Of a DNA stretch of 64,000 nt, positions 17,532 through 27,626 are shown piece by piece; within the stretch, counting starts at the first letter, position 1; every line of letters begins with the position of its first letter. A program made the position numbers and the translations under genes. Location: NCBI GenBank assembly GCA_963668645.2, contig CAXXWC010000006.1, positions 96,001 to 160,000 of the forward strand, written 5' to 3'. The DNA is from Desulfobacterales bacterium. Lineage in GTDB: Bacteria; Desulfobacterota; Desulfobacteria; Desulfobacterales; UBA2174. The notes below the pieces were generated by a model, which saw only the letters and a list, made by a program, of their open reading frames with translations, made no database searches and was not told where the DNA came from.

Positions 17532-19136
17532 ATGCCGCACCACACCCTGAAAGGACTCGATCTGCCGGACCTGGCAAGCAAATGGGAAGCTCTGCTCGAC
17601 GCTGTGCCGGGCATGGTCTTTTTCAAGGACACGGCCAACCGCTTCGTCCAGGTCAACCGCGCCTATGCCGAGGCCGTCGGTCTGCCCAAAGAAAAAATCA
17701 TCGGAAAATCGGTCGGCGATTTCATCGACGATCCCCAGGCGGCCGGTGCTTACTGGGAAAACGACCGTGAGGTGATCGAGACGGGCCGGCCCAAACGCAA
17801 TATCACCGCGGCCCACATCACCGACGCCCAGCGCTGGCTGCGCACCGACAAAATCCCGGTGCGCGACGAAAACGGCCAAATCATCGGTGTGGCCGGGCTG
17901 TCGGTGGACATCACCGACATGAAGCGCACCGAGATGGAACTCGCACGCCGGGTCCGCCAGCACCAGGCCCTGGCCGAGCTGGGACAGGAGGCGCTGGGCA
18001 GCATCGATTGCGACCGCCTGTTTGCCGCCGCAACCGCGCTGGTCTCCAAAACCATCGAGATGGAATACTGCCACATCCTCGAATACCGGCCGTCGCTGCA
18101 TCGTTGCGTGCCGCTGGCGGCCGTCGGCAGCGACAGGCAGTTTTGCCATGCCGCACCGTGCGACACCGGACCCCAGACCGGCGGCCGGTGCCCGATATGC
18201 GACAGAAAACCGATGGTGATCACCGACCTGGCAAGCGAACAACGGTTGCGCCGCTCCTTTCCGCTGCTCGAACGGTTGGGGGTGGTCAGCGGGCTGGCGG
18301 TGGTGATCGGCAACAGCACAAAACCGTTCGGCATCCTGGGAGCCTACACCACCCGCCGGCAAAAGTTTTCCCGTGCCGACATCGACTTTCTCCAGGGCAT
18401 CGCCAACACCCTGGCCCTGGCGGTGGAGCAGCAACGGGCCCGCAGCGCCATCCAGGAATCGGCCGATCAGCTTGCAGAGCTCTCCTCCAGGCTGATCGAG
18501 GCCCAGGAAGAGGAACGCCAGCGGATCTTTCACGCCCTGCACGACGAACTGGGCCAGTCCCTGGCCCTGCTCAAGCTCCAGGTGCGGGCCGTGGGGATGC
18601 GCCTCGATCCGGGTCAGGGCGCCCTGCGCGCCTCGTGCAAGCAGGTGGTGGACGAAGTTTCCGGGATCATCGAGAACGTGCGCCGCCTCTGCCACGACCT
18701 GACCCCGGCGGCCCTGGAGGACATCGGTCTGAACGCGGCCCTGCAATGGCTCTTTGAGGAGTTCGCCCGCTACTTCGGCTTCCGGTTCGAAGTCCACCTC
18801 GAAAAGGTCGACCATATCTTCAACCGCGACGCCCAGCTCTTGATTTACCGCATCTTTCAGGAAGCGCTGACCAATATCCACAAGCATGCCGAGGCGGCCC
18901 GGGTCTGGGCGGCACTGGTGCTGCGCCCCGACAGGGTGATCTGCCAGGTGGCAGACAACGGCAAAGGGATGGACCCGGCCCAATGCCTGCAACGGCGGTC
19001 GCCCGGCGACGGCCTCGGTCTGGCCGCCATGGCAGAGCGGGCCAGGATGCTCGGCGGCCACTTCGAGATCGAGGCCCGGCCCGGCGGCGGCACCAGCCTG
19101 CGGGTGACCATTCCCCTCGAAACGAAAGGCGACTGA
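17532..19136 (+). CDS. Cytoplasmic PAS-GAF sensor histidine kinase (HisKA_3 type)
   Basis: PAS (FFKD...VNRAY), GAF, EEERQRIFHALHDELGQ, QEALTNIHKHA, DNGKG, GLGL. Confidence 0.92.
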   Translation: MPHHTLKGLDLPDLASKWEALLDAVPGMVFFKDTANRFVQVNRAYAEAVGLPKEKIIGKSVGDFIDDPQAAGAYWENDREVIETGRPKRNITAAHITDAQRWLRTDKIPVRDENGQIIGVAGLSVDITDMKRTEMELARRVRQHQALAELGQEALGSIDCDRLFAAATALVSKTIEMEYCHILEYRPSLHRCVPLAAVGSDRQFCHAAPCDTGPQTGGRCPICDRKPMVITDLASEQRLRRSFPLLERLGVVSGLAVVIGNSTKPFGILGAYTTRRQKFSRADIDFLQGIANTLALAVEQQRARSAIQESADQLAELSSRLIEAQEEERQRIFHALHDELGQSLALLKLQVRAVGMRLDPGQGALRASCKQVVDEVSGIIENVRRLCHDLTPAALEDIGLNAALQWLFEEFARYFGFRFEVHLEKVDHIFNRDAQLLIYRIFQEALTNIHKHAEAARVWAALVLRPDRVICQVADNGKGMDPAQCLQRRSPGDGLGLAAMAERARMLGGHFEIEARPGGGTSLRVTIPLETKGD

Positions 19137-19137
19137 C

Positions 19138-19788
19138 ATGGGAACCTACCGGATCGTCATCGCCGATGACCATCGCCTGGTACGCCACGGGCTGCGCATG
19201 ATGATCGAGTCCTGCCCCGGTCTCGAGGTGGCCGGCGAGGTCGACGACGGCCTGGAACTGCTCAAACTGCTCCGACGACTGACGGCCGACATGGTCCTGC
19301 TGGACGTGTCCATGCCCCGGCTGAGGGGAATCGAGGCGGTGAGCGAAATCCGCAGTCTTCATCCGGGCATCCGCATTCTCATCGTCACCATGCACAAGCG
19401 CCGTGAGTACATCCACCACGCCTTTGCCGCCGGCGTTGACGGGTACCTGCTCAAGGAGGATTCGGACCTGGAGCTGATCTCGGCCATCGAGACGGTGCGC
19501 CGCGGCAGGAAGTACCTTTCGCCCATCTTGCAGCAGGATCTGCCCGAAGAACTGGCCTTTTTGCTCCAGCGCGGCCAGCATCCGCAGACGGCGGTGCTCA
19601 CCATACGCGAAGCCGAAGTGCTCAAGCTGATCGCCGAGGGAACCGCCAACCGGGTGATCGCCGATCTGTTGTGCATCAGCCCCAGAACCGTGGAGCACCA
19701 CCGCGCCAGCATCATGAAGAAGCTGGACCTCAAGAACCTCGCCGACCTGGTCAAATACGCCATCCGCAAAGGATACACCTCCGGATAG
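19138..19788 (+). CDS. NarL/FixJ-family response regulator
   Basis: IADDH, LLDVSMP, GYLLK; LuxR HTH LTIREAEVL...ISPRTVEHHR. Confidence 0.95.
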   Translation: MGTYRIVIADDHRLVRHGLRMMIESCPGLEVAGEVDDGLELLKLLRRLTADMVLLDVSMPRLRGIEAVSEIRSLHPGIRILIVTMHKRREYIHHAFAAGVDGYLLKEDSDLELISAIETVRRGRKYLSPILQQDLPEELAFLLQRGQHPQTAVLTIREAEVLKLIAEGTANRVIADLLCISPRTVEHHRASIMKKLDLKNLADLVKYAIRKGYTSG

Positions 19789-19801
19789 GTAGTCCTACCT
19801 A
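19786..19801. promoter_or_regulatory. Putative NarL-type 7-2-7 operator
   Basis: Perfect TAGGTAG-TC-CTACCTA, about 205 bp upstream of the redox operon; a degenerate TAGGGGG-TT-GTGCCAA follows at 19810. Confidence 0.55.
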
Positions 19802-20006
19802 GGCCCAAATAGGGGGTTGTGCCAATTGTCTCCCCTCATTTGGCCTGATACTCGCAACAATACATAGTGCATCAGCGCCTTTGCTGCGCGGCGGCAGCAG
19901 TGGATCACCCCCTTGACCGAAGACAGAAGCCGCGCACGCTTTGCCACAAAGGCCCCACCGCGCTGGCGCGGCAACCGATGGACGCTTCAGGTAAAGGAGG
20001 TCATTC

Positions 20007-20726
20007 ATGAAAGAAAGGCCCATCAACACGGGAGACGAAAAGATCCTCGATAAGAAAACGAGCCGAAGATCGTTTCTCAAGGGGGTCGGCTCCGCAGCCG
20101 GAGTCGCCCTGGCCACCGGCTCGGTACTCGGTGCGGTACGCCCGGCAGCCGCCACCGCGGCGGCGGAAAATGCCAAGCCGGAGGTTCATTACCTTTTCGC
20201 AGAACGGCAGAACTGCGTCGGTTGCCGGGCCTGTGAATACGCCTGCAGCCTGCACCACGAAGGGGTGGTCTGGCCGGCCAAGTCGCGCATCCACGTCTAC
20301 CGGCATAAGGGCGTGGTGGACGTTCCGGTGATCTGCTGGCACTGCAACGACGCGCCGTGCATCAAGTCCTGTCCCACCACGCCCAAGGCGCTGATCAAAG
20401 ACCCCAAGACCGGCGGCATCAAGCTGGACGAGAAGCTCTGCCTCGGCGCCAAGTGCAACAAGTGCATCGAAGCCTGCCCGTCGAAATTCATCCGCCGCGA
20501 CCCGGAAAAGGGGATGCCGCTGATGTGCGATCTTTGCGACGGGGATCCCGAATGCGTCAAGGCCTGCAACGCCCAGGCCGGCAATCCGGTGGGCCCCTGC
20601 CTCATGGCCGGCAAGGTCGGCTTCGGGGTGAACATGGCCTATCGCGACGTCACCCCCAAGGAGGCCGGCGAGGATCTGCTGCTGAGCATGTTCTATCCCA
20701 ACGAAACCGGTGAAAGGAGGCCCTGA
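20007..20726 (+). CDS. Tat-exported 4Fe-4S dicluster protein (DmsB/NrfC-like), putative AOR small subunit
   Basis: SRRSFLK twin-Arg motif plus AxA site; four Cys clusters (CVGCRACEYAC, CWHCNDAPCIKSC, CLGAKCNKCIEACP, CDLCDGDPECVKAC); AAGGAGG RBS. Confidence 0.88.
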   Translation: MKERPINTGDEKILDKKTSRRSFLKGVGSAAGVALATGSVLGAVRPAAATAAAENAKPEVHYLFAERQNCVGCRACEYACSLHHEGVVWPAKSRIHVYRHKGVVDVPVICWHCNDAPCIKSCPTTPKALIKDPKTGGIKLDEKLCLGAKCNKCIEACPSKFIRRDPEKGMPLMCDLCDGDPECVKACNAQAGNPVGPCLMAGKVGFGVNMAYRDVTPKEAGEDLLLSMFYPNETGERRP

Positions 20727-20728
20727 CC

Positions 20729-22528
20729 ATGGCAGCGCCAAAGGGAGGATATTTCGGTCGCATCCTTGAGATCGACCTGACCGCGCAGAAAACCAAGACC
20801 GTGGACCTGGACCCGGAGATCTGCCGCAAGTTCCTCGGCGGCTGCGGGATGGGGGCCTACCTGCTCTACAACCGGCTCGGGGCCAAGCACGACCCCATGG
20901 CCGCCGACAGCCCGATCTTCATGGGCGTCGGCCCCCTTTCGGGCACGGCCTGTCCGTCGACCCGGTTGAGCATCGTCAACAAGAGTCCCTATAACAAACG
21001 GTTGAGCCACGCCGAAGTCGGAGGATTCATCGGCAACGAACTCAAGTGGGCCGGTTGGGACGGGGTCCTGATCACCGGAAAGTCCCCGAAACCGGTCTAC
21101 CTGCTGATCCAGGACGACAAGGTCACGTTCAAGGACGCCTCAGGCCTGTGGGGCAAGGACACCCACGCCACCGAAGAGGACATCATCGATGAGCTCGACG
21201 ACCCCTACGTCAAGGTGGCCTGCATCGGTCCCGGCGGGGAGAACGAGATCGGCTATGCCTGCGTGATGGTGGAACGCTTCCGGGCCGCGGCCCGCACCGG
21301 CACCGGCGCCCTGATGGGCAACAAGAAGCTCAAGGCCGTGGCCATCCGCGGCACCCGCTACGTGCCGGTGGCCGACCGGGAAAACTTTCACCAGGCCGCC
21401 AAAGCCAACCTCGAGTTCGCGACCCGCAAGGAGGGCTGGCAGGGAATCAAACGCTGGGGCACGGCCGGGCTGCTCGAGCTGAAAAACTACGCCACCGGCT
21501 CGCTGATCACCAAAAACTACCAGACCACCTGGTATCCGGACATCGTAGAGATCGGCGCCGAACAGGCCAACCGGAAGTTCTGGAAGCGCCATGCGGCCTG
21601 CTACAACTGCCCGGTGCACTGCATGAAGCTGGGCGTGATCCGCGGCGGCGACTACGACGGACTCATCGCCGAAGGTCCCGAGTACGAGACCGGCGGGCTG
21701 CTGGGCAGCAACCTGGGCATCGCCGACTTCGACGTGATGATGGCGGCCATCGAGCTGTGCGACGCCATGGGTATAGACTCCATCTCCACTGGCGGCTGCA
21801 TCGGCTATGCCATGGAGGCCTTCCAGCGCGGCCTGCTCACCGCCGACAAGTTCGACGGCATCGAACTGGAATGGGGCGACGGCGAGACGACGGTCGAACT
21901 GATCCGCAATATCGCCTACAGGAAGGGCCAGACCGGCAAGTTTCTCGCCAAGGGCGTGGCGGCCATGGCCAAGGAACTCGGGGGCAATGCGGCCGATTTC
22001 GCCTGCGTGGTCAAGGGCAAGGAGCTGGCGGCCCACGATCCGCGCGGGGACAAGCCCCGCGGCGTGAGCTACGCCATGGGCACCTGCGGCGGCGACCACC
22101 ACGAGGCCAACTCCCCGGACGGCCAGGCCAAGCGCTGCCTGCACAACTCGCTGGTGATTTGCTCCTTCGTCGGCGGCTACTGGAAACCGCAGATGTTTGT
22201 CGACATGCTCAACCCGCTCTGCGGCTGGAACATGACCGAAGACGAACTGATGGCCACCGGCCGGCGTATCCGCACCCTCGAGCGCTGCTTCAACGTGCGT
22301 GAGGGCACGAGCCGCAAGGACGACACCCTGCCCAAGCGGATGCTCACCGAGCCGCTGCCGGAAGGACCCAAGAAAGGGGCTGTCTTCTCACCGGAAGAGA
22401 TGAAAAAGGTCCAGGACGACTACTACGCCTACTACGGGTGGGACGACAACGGAATCCCCACCGAAAAGACACTCAAAGAACTCGGGCTCGAGTTCGCCAT
22501 CGACGACCTCAAGGCCGCGGCCGCCTGA
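20729..22528 (+). CDS. aor: Aldehyde:ferredoxin oxidoreductase (AOR/WOR) family tungstopterin protein
   Basis: LKWAGWDGVLITGKS, IGPGGE, GALMGNKKLKAVA, CYNCPVHC, EGPEYET, DAMGIDSIS, SLVIC. Confidence 0.92.
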   Translation: MAAPKGGYFGRILEIDLTAQKTKTVDLDPEICRKFLGGCGMGAYLLYNRLGAKHDPMAADSPIFMGVGPLSGTACPSTRLSIVNKSPYNKRLSHAEVGGFIGNELKWAGWDGVLITGKSPKPVYLLIQDDKVTFKDASGLWGKDTHATEEDIIDELDDPYVKVACIGPGGENEIGYACVMVERFRAAARTGTGALMGNKKLKAVAIRGTRYVPVADRENFHQAAKANLEFATRKEGWQGIKRWGTAGLLELKNYATGSLITKNYQTTWYPDIVEIGAEQANRKFWKRHAACYNCPVHCMKLGVIRGGDYDGLIAEGPEYETGGLLGSNLGIADFDVMMAAIELCDAMGIDSISTGGCIGYAMEAFQRGLLTADKFDGIELEWGDGETTVELIRNIAYRKGQTGKFLAKGVAAMAKELGGNAADFACVVKGKELAAHDPRGDKPRGVSYAMGTCGGDHHEANSPDGQAKRCLHNSLVICSFVGGYWKPQMFVDMLNPLCGWNMTEDELMATGRRIRTLERCFNVREGTSRKDDTLPKRMLTEPLPEGPKKGAVFSPEEMKKVQDDYYAYYGWDDNGIPTEKTLKELGLEFAIDDLKAAAA

Positions 22529-22647
22529 CCCGCTGCAGCCCACTGCATCCGAGGCCGCTATGCGGGGCCGTGACTGCCAGGGTCACGGCCCCGCCCAACC
22601 TTTTGGCCGGCACCTCTGGCGCCGGCCGGAGCAACCGGTTGACACCC

Positions 22648-23349
22648 ATGGACGACCAGCGCCGCAAATTTCTCCATTTTCTCGTCAGTGCGGCCGTTTC
22701 CGGCAGCGTCTACGGACTGCTCAAGGCCGGCGATGCCAAAGCCCTGCCCCGGCCGCCGGCCGCCCTGAACGAGACCGATTTTCTCAGAACCTGCGCCCGG
22801 TGCTACCGCTGCATCGACGTCTGCGTGCCCGGGGCCCTGACCCCGGCGTCGATCTTCGACGGCATCGCCAACCTCGGCACCCCGGTGCTCGATCCGAGCC
22901 GCTGCATCTTTTGCATGGAATGCGTGCGGGCCTGTCCCACCGGGGCGATCTGCAAGATTCCCAAGAAAGAGGTCGACATCGGCGTGGCGGTCATCGACCA
23001 GGAAATCTGTCTCGCCTGGCAGAAGAAAAAACGTTGCAAGGACTGCTACAAGGCCTGCAAGGAAGAGGCGATCAAGATGGAAAAACGGCGCTACCCGGTG
23101 GTGATCGCCGAGCGCTGCAACGGCTGCGGCGCCTGCGTGCGCCGCTGCCCGACCCAGCCGCTTTCCGTGCGCGTGGTCTACAAAGACGTAAAACGCTATG
23201 CGCCGCCGGAAAAACGGATCGCCGCGCGGCCCGAAGACCGGCTCGGTCCCTACGAGTTTCCCCAGGACGATTTCAAGACCTGGCTGGGCAAGCGGCTCAG
23301 ACGCATCGGCGCCAACCACGGCCTGGTCGATTTGAAGGAAAGCGATTGA
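22648..23349 (+). CDS. NapG/MauM-family ferredoxin
   Basis: RRKFL twin-Arg-like N-terminus, PRPPAAL..FLRTCARCYRCIDVC, multiple CxxCxxCxxxCP. Confidence 0.85.
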   Translation: MDDQRRKFLHFLVSAAVSGSVYGLLKAGDAKALPRPPAALNETDFLRTCARCYRCIDVCVPGALTPASIFDGIANLGTPVLDPSRCIFCMECVRACPTGAICKIPKKEVDIGVAVIDQEICLAWQKKKRCKDCYKACKEEAIKMEKRRYPVVIAERCNGCGACVRRCPTQPLSVRVVYKDVKRYAPPEKRIAARPEDRLGPYEFPQDDFKTWLGKRLRRIGANHGLVDLKESD

Positions 23350-24566
23350 TGCTATCCGAATCCCCGGCAGCAGAACCGTTTCTGGTGGTGGGCGGCGGCG
23401 TGGCCGGCATCAGCGCGGCCCTCGATCTGGCCCGGGCCGGCCGCTGCGTCCACCTGGTGGAGCGCGGCGGTGAACTCGGCGGCCAGACCCTGCACCTGGA
23501 CAAGCTCTATCCCACCGACCACTGCGGGTTCTGCCCGGTCTGGTCCGAGGTGCGGCTCTGCCAAAGCCATCCGCGCATAACGGTGCACACCTGGACCCGC
23601 GTGGCCCGCATCGAAGCCGGCAAAGGGTTTCAGAGCGCCGTGCTCAGCCACCGGCCCAACTTTATCGACCCTCAACGCTGCATCTTCTGCGGGCGCTGCG
23701 CCCCTTCCTGCGCCGAAAACGCGGTGGCCCCCAGCGCCCCCCACGTTTATCCCCCGCTCTACCGCATCGATCCGGACCGCTGCACCGGCTGCGGCGCCTG
23801 CCGCGAGGTCTGCCCCACCGGTGCCATCGATCTTGAGCGTCCGGCCAAGACCGAGACGCTGCGGGTGCAGGCCGTGATCTGGGCCACGGGATTCGAGGCC
23901 GCCGACCTTTCTGCGGCCCCGGAACTGGGGTTCGGCAGCGACCCGAACATCATGCAGGCCCTGGCCTTCGAGCAGTGGATCGCCGAGGCCGGCCCCAACC
24001 GGGGACGGGTGGTGCGCCACGACGGACGGACGGCGCGTGAAGTGGCGTTCATCCAGTGCGCCGGGGCCCGGGACAGGCGGATCGGTGCCCAGTGCAACGC
24101 AGTCTGCTGCATGCACGCCCTCAAGCAGGCCCGCTGGGTGCGCCGGCGCAACCCGCAGTGCCGCTGCACGATCTTTTTCACCGACCTGCGCACCGAGGGG
24201 CGCGGCTACGAGGCGTACTACCGCCGGGCGGTGCTCGAAGACGAAGGCATCGAGCTGGTGCGTGCCCGGCCCGGCCTGATCTGCCCCCTGCCCGGCGGCG
24301 CGGCCGTGGCCGTCAAGTACGAGGACACCTTCGCCCAGAAGCCGGCCATGGCGCGCTTTGACATGGTGGTGCTAAACGGCACGTTGCGGGCGGCCATTCC
24401 CGACGAGGACAACAAGCCGCTACCCGATGTGGCCGGCGGGTTTATCGCCGCGCAGGGCCCCGCTTTTCGTAGCTGCGGTTTCTGCAAGGCCCCAGCCGAC
24501 GTGGAGGCCGCCGCCGTGCAGGGCTCGGCCGCGGCCATGGAGATTCTGGCGGAGGTGGGCCGATGA
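23349..24566 (+). CDS. hdrA: Heterodisulfide reductase subunit A-like flavoprotein (short)
   Basis: GGGVAG, LDKLYPTDHCGFC, inserted 2x[4Fe-4S], FIQCAGARD...CNAVCCMHALK. Confidence 0.85.
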   Translation: MLSESPAAEPFLVVGGGVAGISAALDLARAGRCVHLVERGGELGGQTLHLDKLYPTDHCGFCPVWSEVRLCQSHPRITVHTWTRVARIEAGKGFQSAVLSHRPNFIDPQRCIFCGRCAPSCAENAVAPSAPHVYPPLYRIDPDRCTGCGACREVCPTGAIDLERPAKTETLRVQAVIWATGFEAADLSAAPELGFGSDPNIMQALAFEQWIAEAGPNRGRVVRHDGRTAREVAFIQCAGARDRRIGAQCNAVCCMHALKQARWVRRRNPQCRCTIFFTDLRTEGRGYEAYYRRAVLEDEGIELVRARPGLICPLPGGAAVAVKYEDTFAQKPAMARFDMVVLNGTLRAAIPDEDNKPLPDVAGGFIAAQGPAFRSCGFCKAPADVEAAAVQGSAAAMEILAEVGR

Positions 24567-26302
24567 AACCGGATGCGCCCATCGACTGCGTTTTATGCCG
24601 CTGCCACGGCGAAATCGACAGCGTGGTCGATTTCGCAAGGCTTTGCGCCCGGCTGCAAGACGACCCCCGGGTCAATTCGGTGACGATCCAGGACGCCCTG
24701 TGCCTGCCCGAGGCCGCCGACGCTTTGGCCCGGCGCCTGGACGGCACCGAGGCGCAGGTCCTGATCGCGGCCTGTTCCCGCCTGGCCCGGGCCGGAGCCC
24801 TGGCTGACGGCCTTGCCGGCCGCGGCATCCACCGCAGCCGGCTTTACAACGCCGACATCCGCGAGGGCTGCGCCTGGATTCACGGGGCGGATCCTGTAGC
24901 GGCCACCCTCAAGGCAGGCGACATCGCCGCCATGGGGCTGGCCGCACTCTGCGGCCGCAAGGCCTCCTTGGATCCGCAGATCACCGTCCAGTCCCGGGTG
25001 CTGGTCATCGGCGGCGGGCCGGCCGGTCTTAAAGCCGCAGCGGCCCTGGGACGGGCCGGAGTGGCGGTGACGCTGGTGGAAAGCACCCGCCAGCTCGGCG
25101 GGATGCTCAACCGCCTGTCGCGCGTGGGGCCGGGCGAACGCTCGGCGCAGGAGCTGCGCGACGATCTGGTGGGGGCCGTCGAAGCGTTGGAAACGGCGCA
25201 GATCTGCACCGGCGTCCGGGTGGCAGACATCCAGGGCGCACCCGGCGACTTCAGCGTGACCCTCAGTGACGGCGCCGCCCTGGCCGCCGGTGCCGTCATC
25301 GTGGCCACCGGGGCCATGCCGGTGCTGCCCCAGGACTTTTCCACCGGCCGACGCCGGGGGGTGATCAGCGCCATGGAGCTGGAAAAAGCCTTTCGCGACG
25401 GCACCCCGGAGGCGGCCGATACGGTATTTATCCAGTGCGTCGAGGTGCGCAACCCCCAGCGCCCCTACTGTTCGGCCATCTGCTGTCCCACCGCGCTGAA
25501 AAACGCCATCCGCCTCAAGCAAATCGACCCGGCAACCCGGGTGGCAATCTGCCACCGCGACATCATGAGCTGCGGCCAGCACCTCGAGGCCGAATACCGC
25601 CGGGCAGCGGCGGCCGGGGTGCGCTTCGTGCGCTTCGACCCGGCCGATCCGCCCTGGATAGAAGGCGGTGAAGCGGTCAGCGGGGTGCGCGTGCACGACG
25701 TGCTGGCCGGAAAAGAACGCCTGCTGCCCGCGGCCCGGGTGGTGTTCGCCACGGCCCTCAAGCCGCGGGTAGCGACCGGGGGCAAGGACCCGCTGGCGGC
25801 GGCCCTGGGCCTCAAGACCGAAAAAAACGGCTTTTACGAAGTCCGGCCCTATCTTCACAGCGTGGAGACCACCGCCCCCGGGGTGATGGTCTGCGGGGCT
25901 GCGCGCTGGCCGGCCCTGGTGGACACGGCCCTGGCCCAGGGCGCGGCCGCGGCGGCCAAGGCCCTCGACCTGGTGGCCCACCCCGTGCGCCGGGCCTCGG
26001 AGCTGATCGGCTTTCAGCCGCAGCGCGCCGGGTGCGCCCGGGTGACCGAAGAAACGTGCATCGGCTGCGGCAACTGTAGCACGGCCTGCCCTTACGGGGC
26101 CTGCCGTCTGGAGCCGACCGCCAGCGGGCTGCGCGCCGCGGTGGATCCGGTGCGCTGCATGGGCTGCGGCAGCTGCCAGGCCGCCTGCCCCAGCGGCAGC
26201 ATCGTCCTGCCCGAGTGCGACCCGGCGACCCTGGTGCAGATGATGACCTGCGCCTTCAACACAAACCGGGAACCTCAAAACGGGAACAGTGTCGACCGAT
26301 GA
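24563..26302 (+). CDS. hdrA: Heterodisulfide reductase subunit A-like flavoprotein
   Basis: LCRCHGEI, AACS, DIREGCAWIH, GGGPAG, YCSAICCPTALK, C-terminal 2x[4Fe-4S]. Confidence 0.88.
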   Translation: MKPDAPIDCVLCRCHGEIDSVVDFARLCARLQDDPRVNSVTIQDALCLPEAADALARRLDGTEAQVLIAACSRLARAGALADGLAGRGIHRSRLYNADIREGCAWIHGADPVAATLKAGDIAAMGLAALCGRKASLDPQITVQSRVLVIGGGPAGLKAAAALGRAGVAVTLVESTRQLGGMLNRLSRVGPGERSAQELRDDLVGAVEALETAQICTGVRVADIQGAPGDFSVTLSDGAALAAGAVIVATGAMPVLPQDFSTGRRRGVISAMELEKAFRDGTPEAADTVFIQCVEVRNPQRPYCSAICCPTALKNAIRLKQIDPATRVAICHRDIMSCGQHLEAEYRRAAAAGVRFVRFDPADPPWIEGGEAVSGVRVHDVLAGKERLLPAARVVFATALKPRVATGGKDPLAAALGLKTEKNGFYEVRPYLHSVETTAPGVMVCGAARWPALVDTALAQGAAAAAKALDLVAHPVRRASELIGFQPQRAGCARVTEETCIGCGNCSTACPYGACRLEPTASGLRAAVDPVRCMGCGSCQAACPSGSIVLPECDPATLVQMMTCAFNTNREPQNGNSVDR

Positions 26303-26775
26303 AATCCCAACCGCCAAACCGATCGTTGCGGCCAGAGGCCGTTGGTGCCCCCCGGGTGCTGGTCTTTGCCTGCCGGTGGTGCGGCGCCATCGGTGCCGAC
26401 GACGCCGGCCGCCAGCGTCTGGCCCTGCCGGCCGGCTTCCGCCTGATCGAAGTCGAATGCGCCGCGCGCATCGATACAGACATGGTTTTAAAGGCCCTGT
26501 CGGTGGGCATCGACGGGGTGGCGGTGATCGGCTGCCATCTGGACGGCTGCCGCTACAACCGGGCCAACCATGCAGCGGCCAAGCGCCTGGCCCTGCTTGC
26601 CGCGCTGCTCGACACGGTGGGCATTGGCGCCCAGCGGCTGGTGACCAACTTCGGCGGGGCCCACGAGGGAGACCGGTTCGCCGCGCTGATCAGCGGCTTC
26701 GAGGGCCGGCTCAAGGCCCTGGGTCCCGTGCACCCGGCCGCAGTGCCTGCAGCGGCGCTGCAAGGAGAAAATTGA
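26299..26775 (+). CDS. mvhD: MvhD/FlpD-like [2Fe-2S] subunit
   Basis: FACRWCG..GAD.AG, ECAARID, GCHLDGCRY. Confidence 0.85.
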   Translation: MKSQPPNRSLRPEAVGAPRVLVFACRWCGAIGADDAGRQRLALPAGFRLIEVECAARIDTDMVLKALSVGIDGVAVIGCHLDGCRYNRANHAAAKRLALLAALLDTVGIGAQRLVTNFGGAHEGDRFAALISGFEGRLKALGPVHPAAVPAAALQGEN

Positions 26776-26777
26776 CC

Positions 26778-27626
26778 ATGCGCGCCACGGTCCGCAAGAT
26801 CGCCGCCGATTTGTTCGAGGCCAAAGCGGTGGACGCCGTTCTCGGCCTGGCCGAGGACGAGGCCGGGACAGCCCCCCGGGTCTTCGAGCGTCCCGAGGCC
26901 CTCGAGGCCCTGGTGCTCTTTCCGAAATGGCCCCTGGCCAAGACTGCCGCACGGATCCTGGCGCGGGCGCCGGCCGGGTTCCGCCTGGCGCTGGTCGGCC
27001 GCGGCTGCGACGAACGGGCCCTGGTGGAAATGGCCAAGCGCAACCAGGTAGACGCCGGCCGGATCCACCTGATCGGCGTGGCCTGCGACCCGGACCAGGC
27101 CGAGCACTGCCTGTGCCAGCAGCCCTGGCCCTCACGAATCGACGCCGGGGAAAAAGCCGCACCGGTGGACCCGGCAGATGCGCCCGCGGCCCGATATTTT
27201 CTTCAGGCCGATGCGCCGCTGCGCCTGGAACGCTGGCGCGAGGCCTTTGCACGCTGCATCAAGTGCTACGGCTGTCGCAACGCCTGCCCGGCCTGCCAGT
27301 GCACCGCCTGCCGCCTGGAAGACGGGCTGTGGACCGAGCCGGGACACATCGCCCCGGACATGCTCTCTTTCCATCTTTTGCGGGCCCTGCACGTGGCCGA
27401 CGCCTGCGTGGCCTGCGGGGCCTGCCAGGACGCCTGCCCGGTGGATATCCCGCTCATGCTGCTGCAACTGTCGCTGCGCGAGCATCTTGAAAGCCGCTAT
27501 GGCTACCGTCCGGGAACCGAGGCCGAACGGTGCTCGCCGCTCTTGGTGGACCTTGTCGCCCAACCGTCCGCCGGGCTGACCCTGCCCGCCTGGACCGAAG
27601 TGCCGGGAGGCGACCATGGGTGTTGA
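26778..27626 (+). CDS. FdhB/FrhB-like 4Fe-4S protein
   Basis: RGCDERAL, RCIKCYGCRNACPACQC..C, FHLLRALH, CVACGACQDACP. Confidence 0.8.
   Translation: MRATVRKIAADLFEAKAVDAVLGLAEDEAGTAPRVFERPEALEALVLFPKWPLAKTAARILARAPAGFRLALVGRGCDERALVEMAKRNQVDAGRIHLIGVACDPDQAEHCLCQQPWPSRIDAGEKAAPVDPADAPAARYFLQADAPLRLERWREAFARCIKCYGCRNACPACQCTACRLEDGLWTEPGHIAPDMLSFHLLRALHVADACVACGACQDACPVDIPLMLLQLSLREHLESRYGYRPGTEAERCSPLLVDLVAQPSAGLTLPAWTEVPGGDHGC

Noticed and set aside
19841..19856. TGGCCT-GATAC-TCGCA as a sigma-54 promoter for the AOR operon
   Set aside because: GG-N10-GC spacing fits but the match is weak, and the adjacent regulator is NarL-type rather than an enhancer-binding protein.
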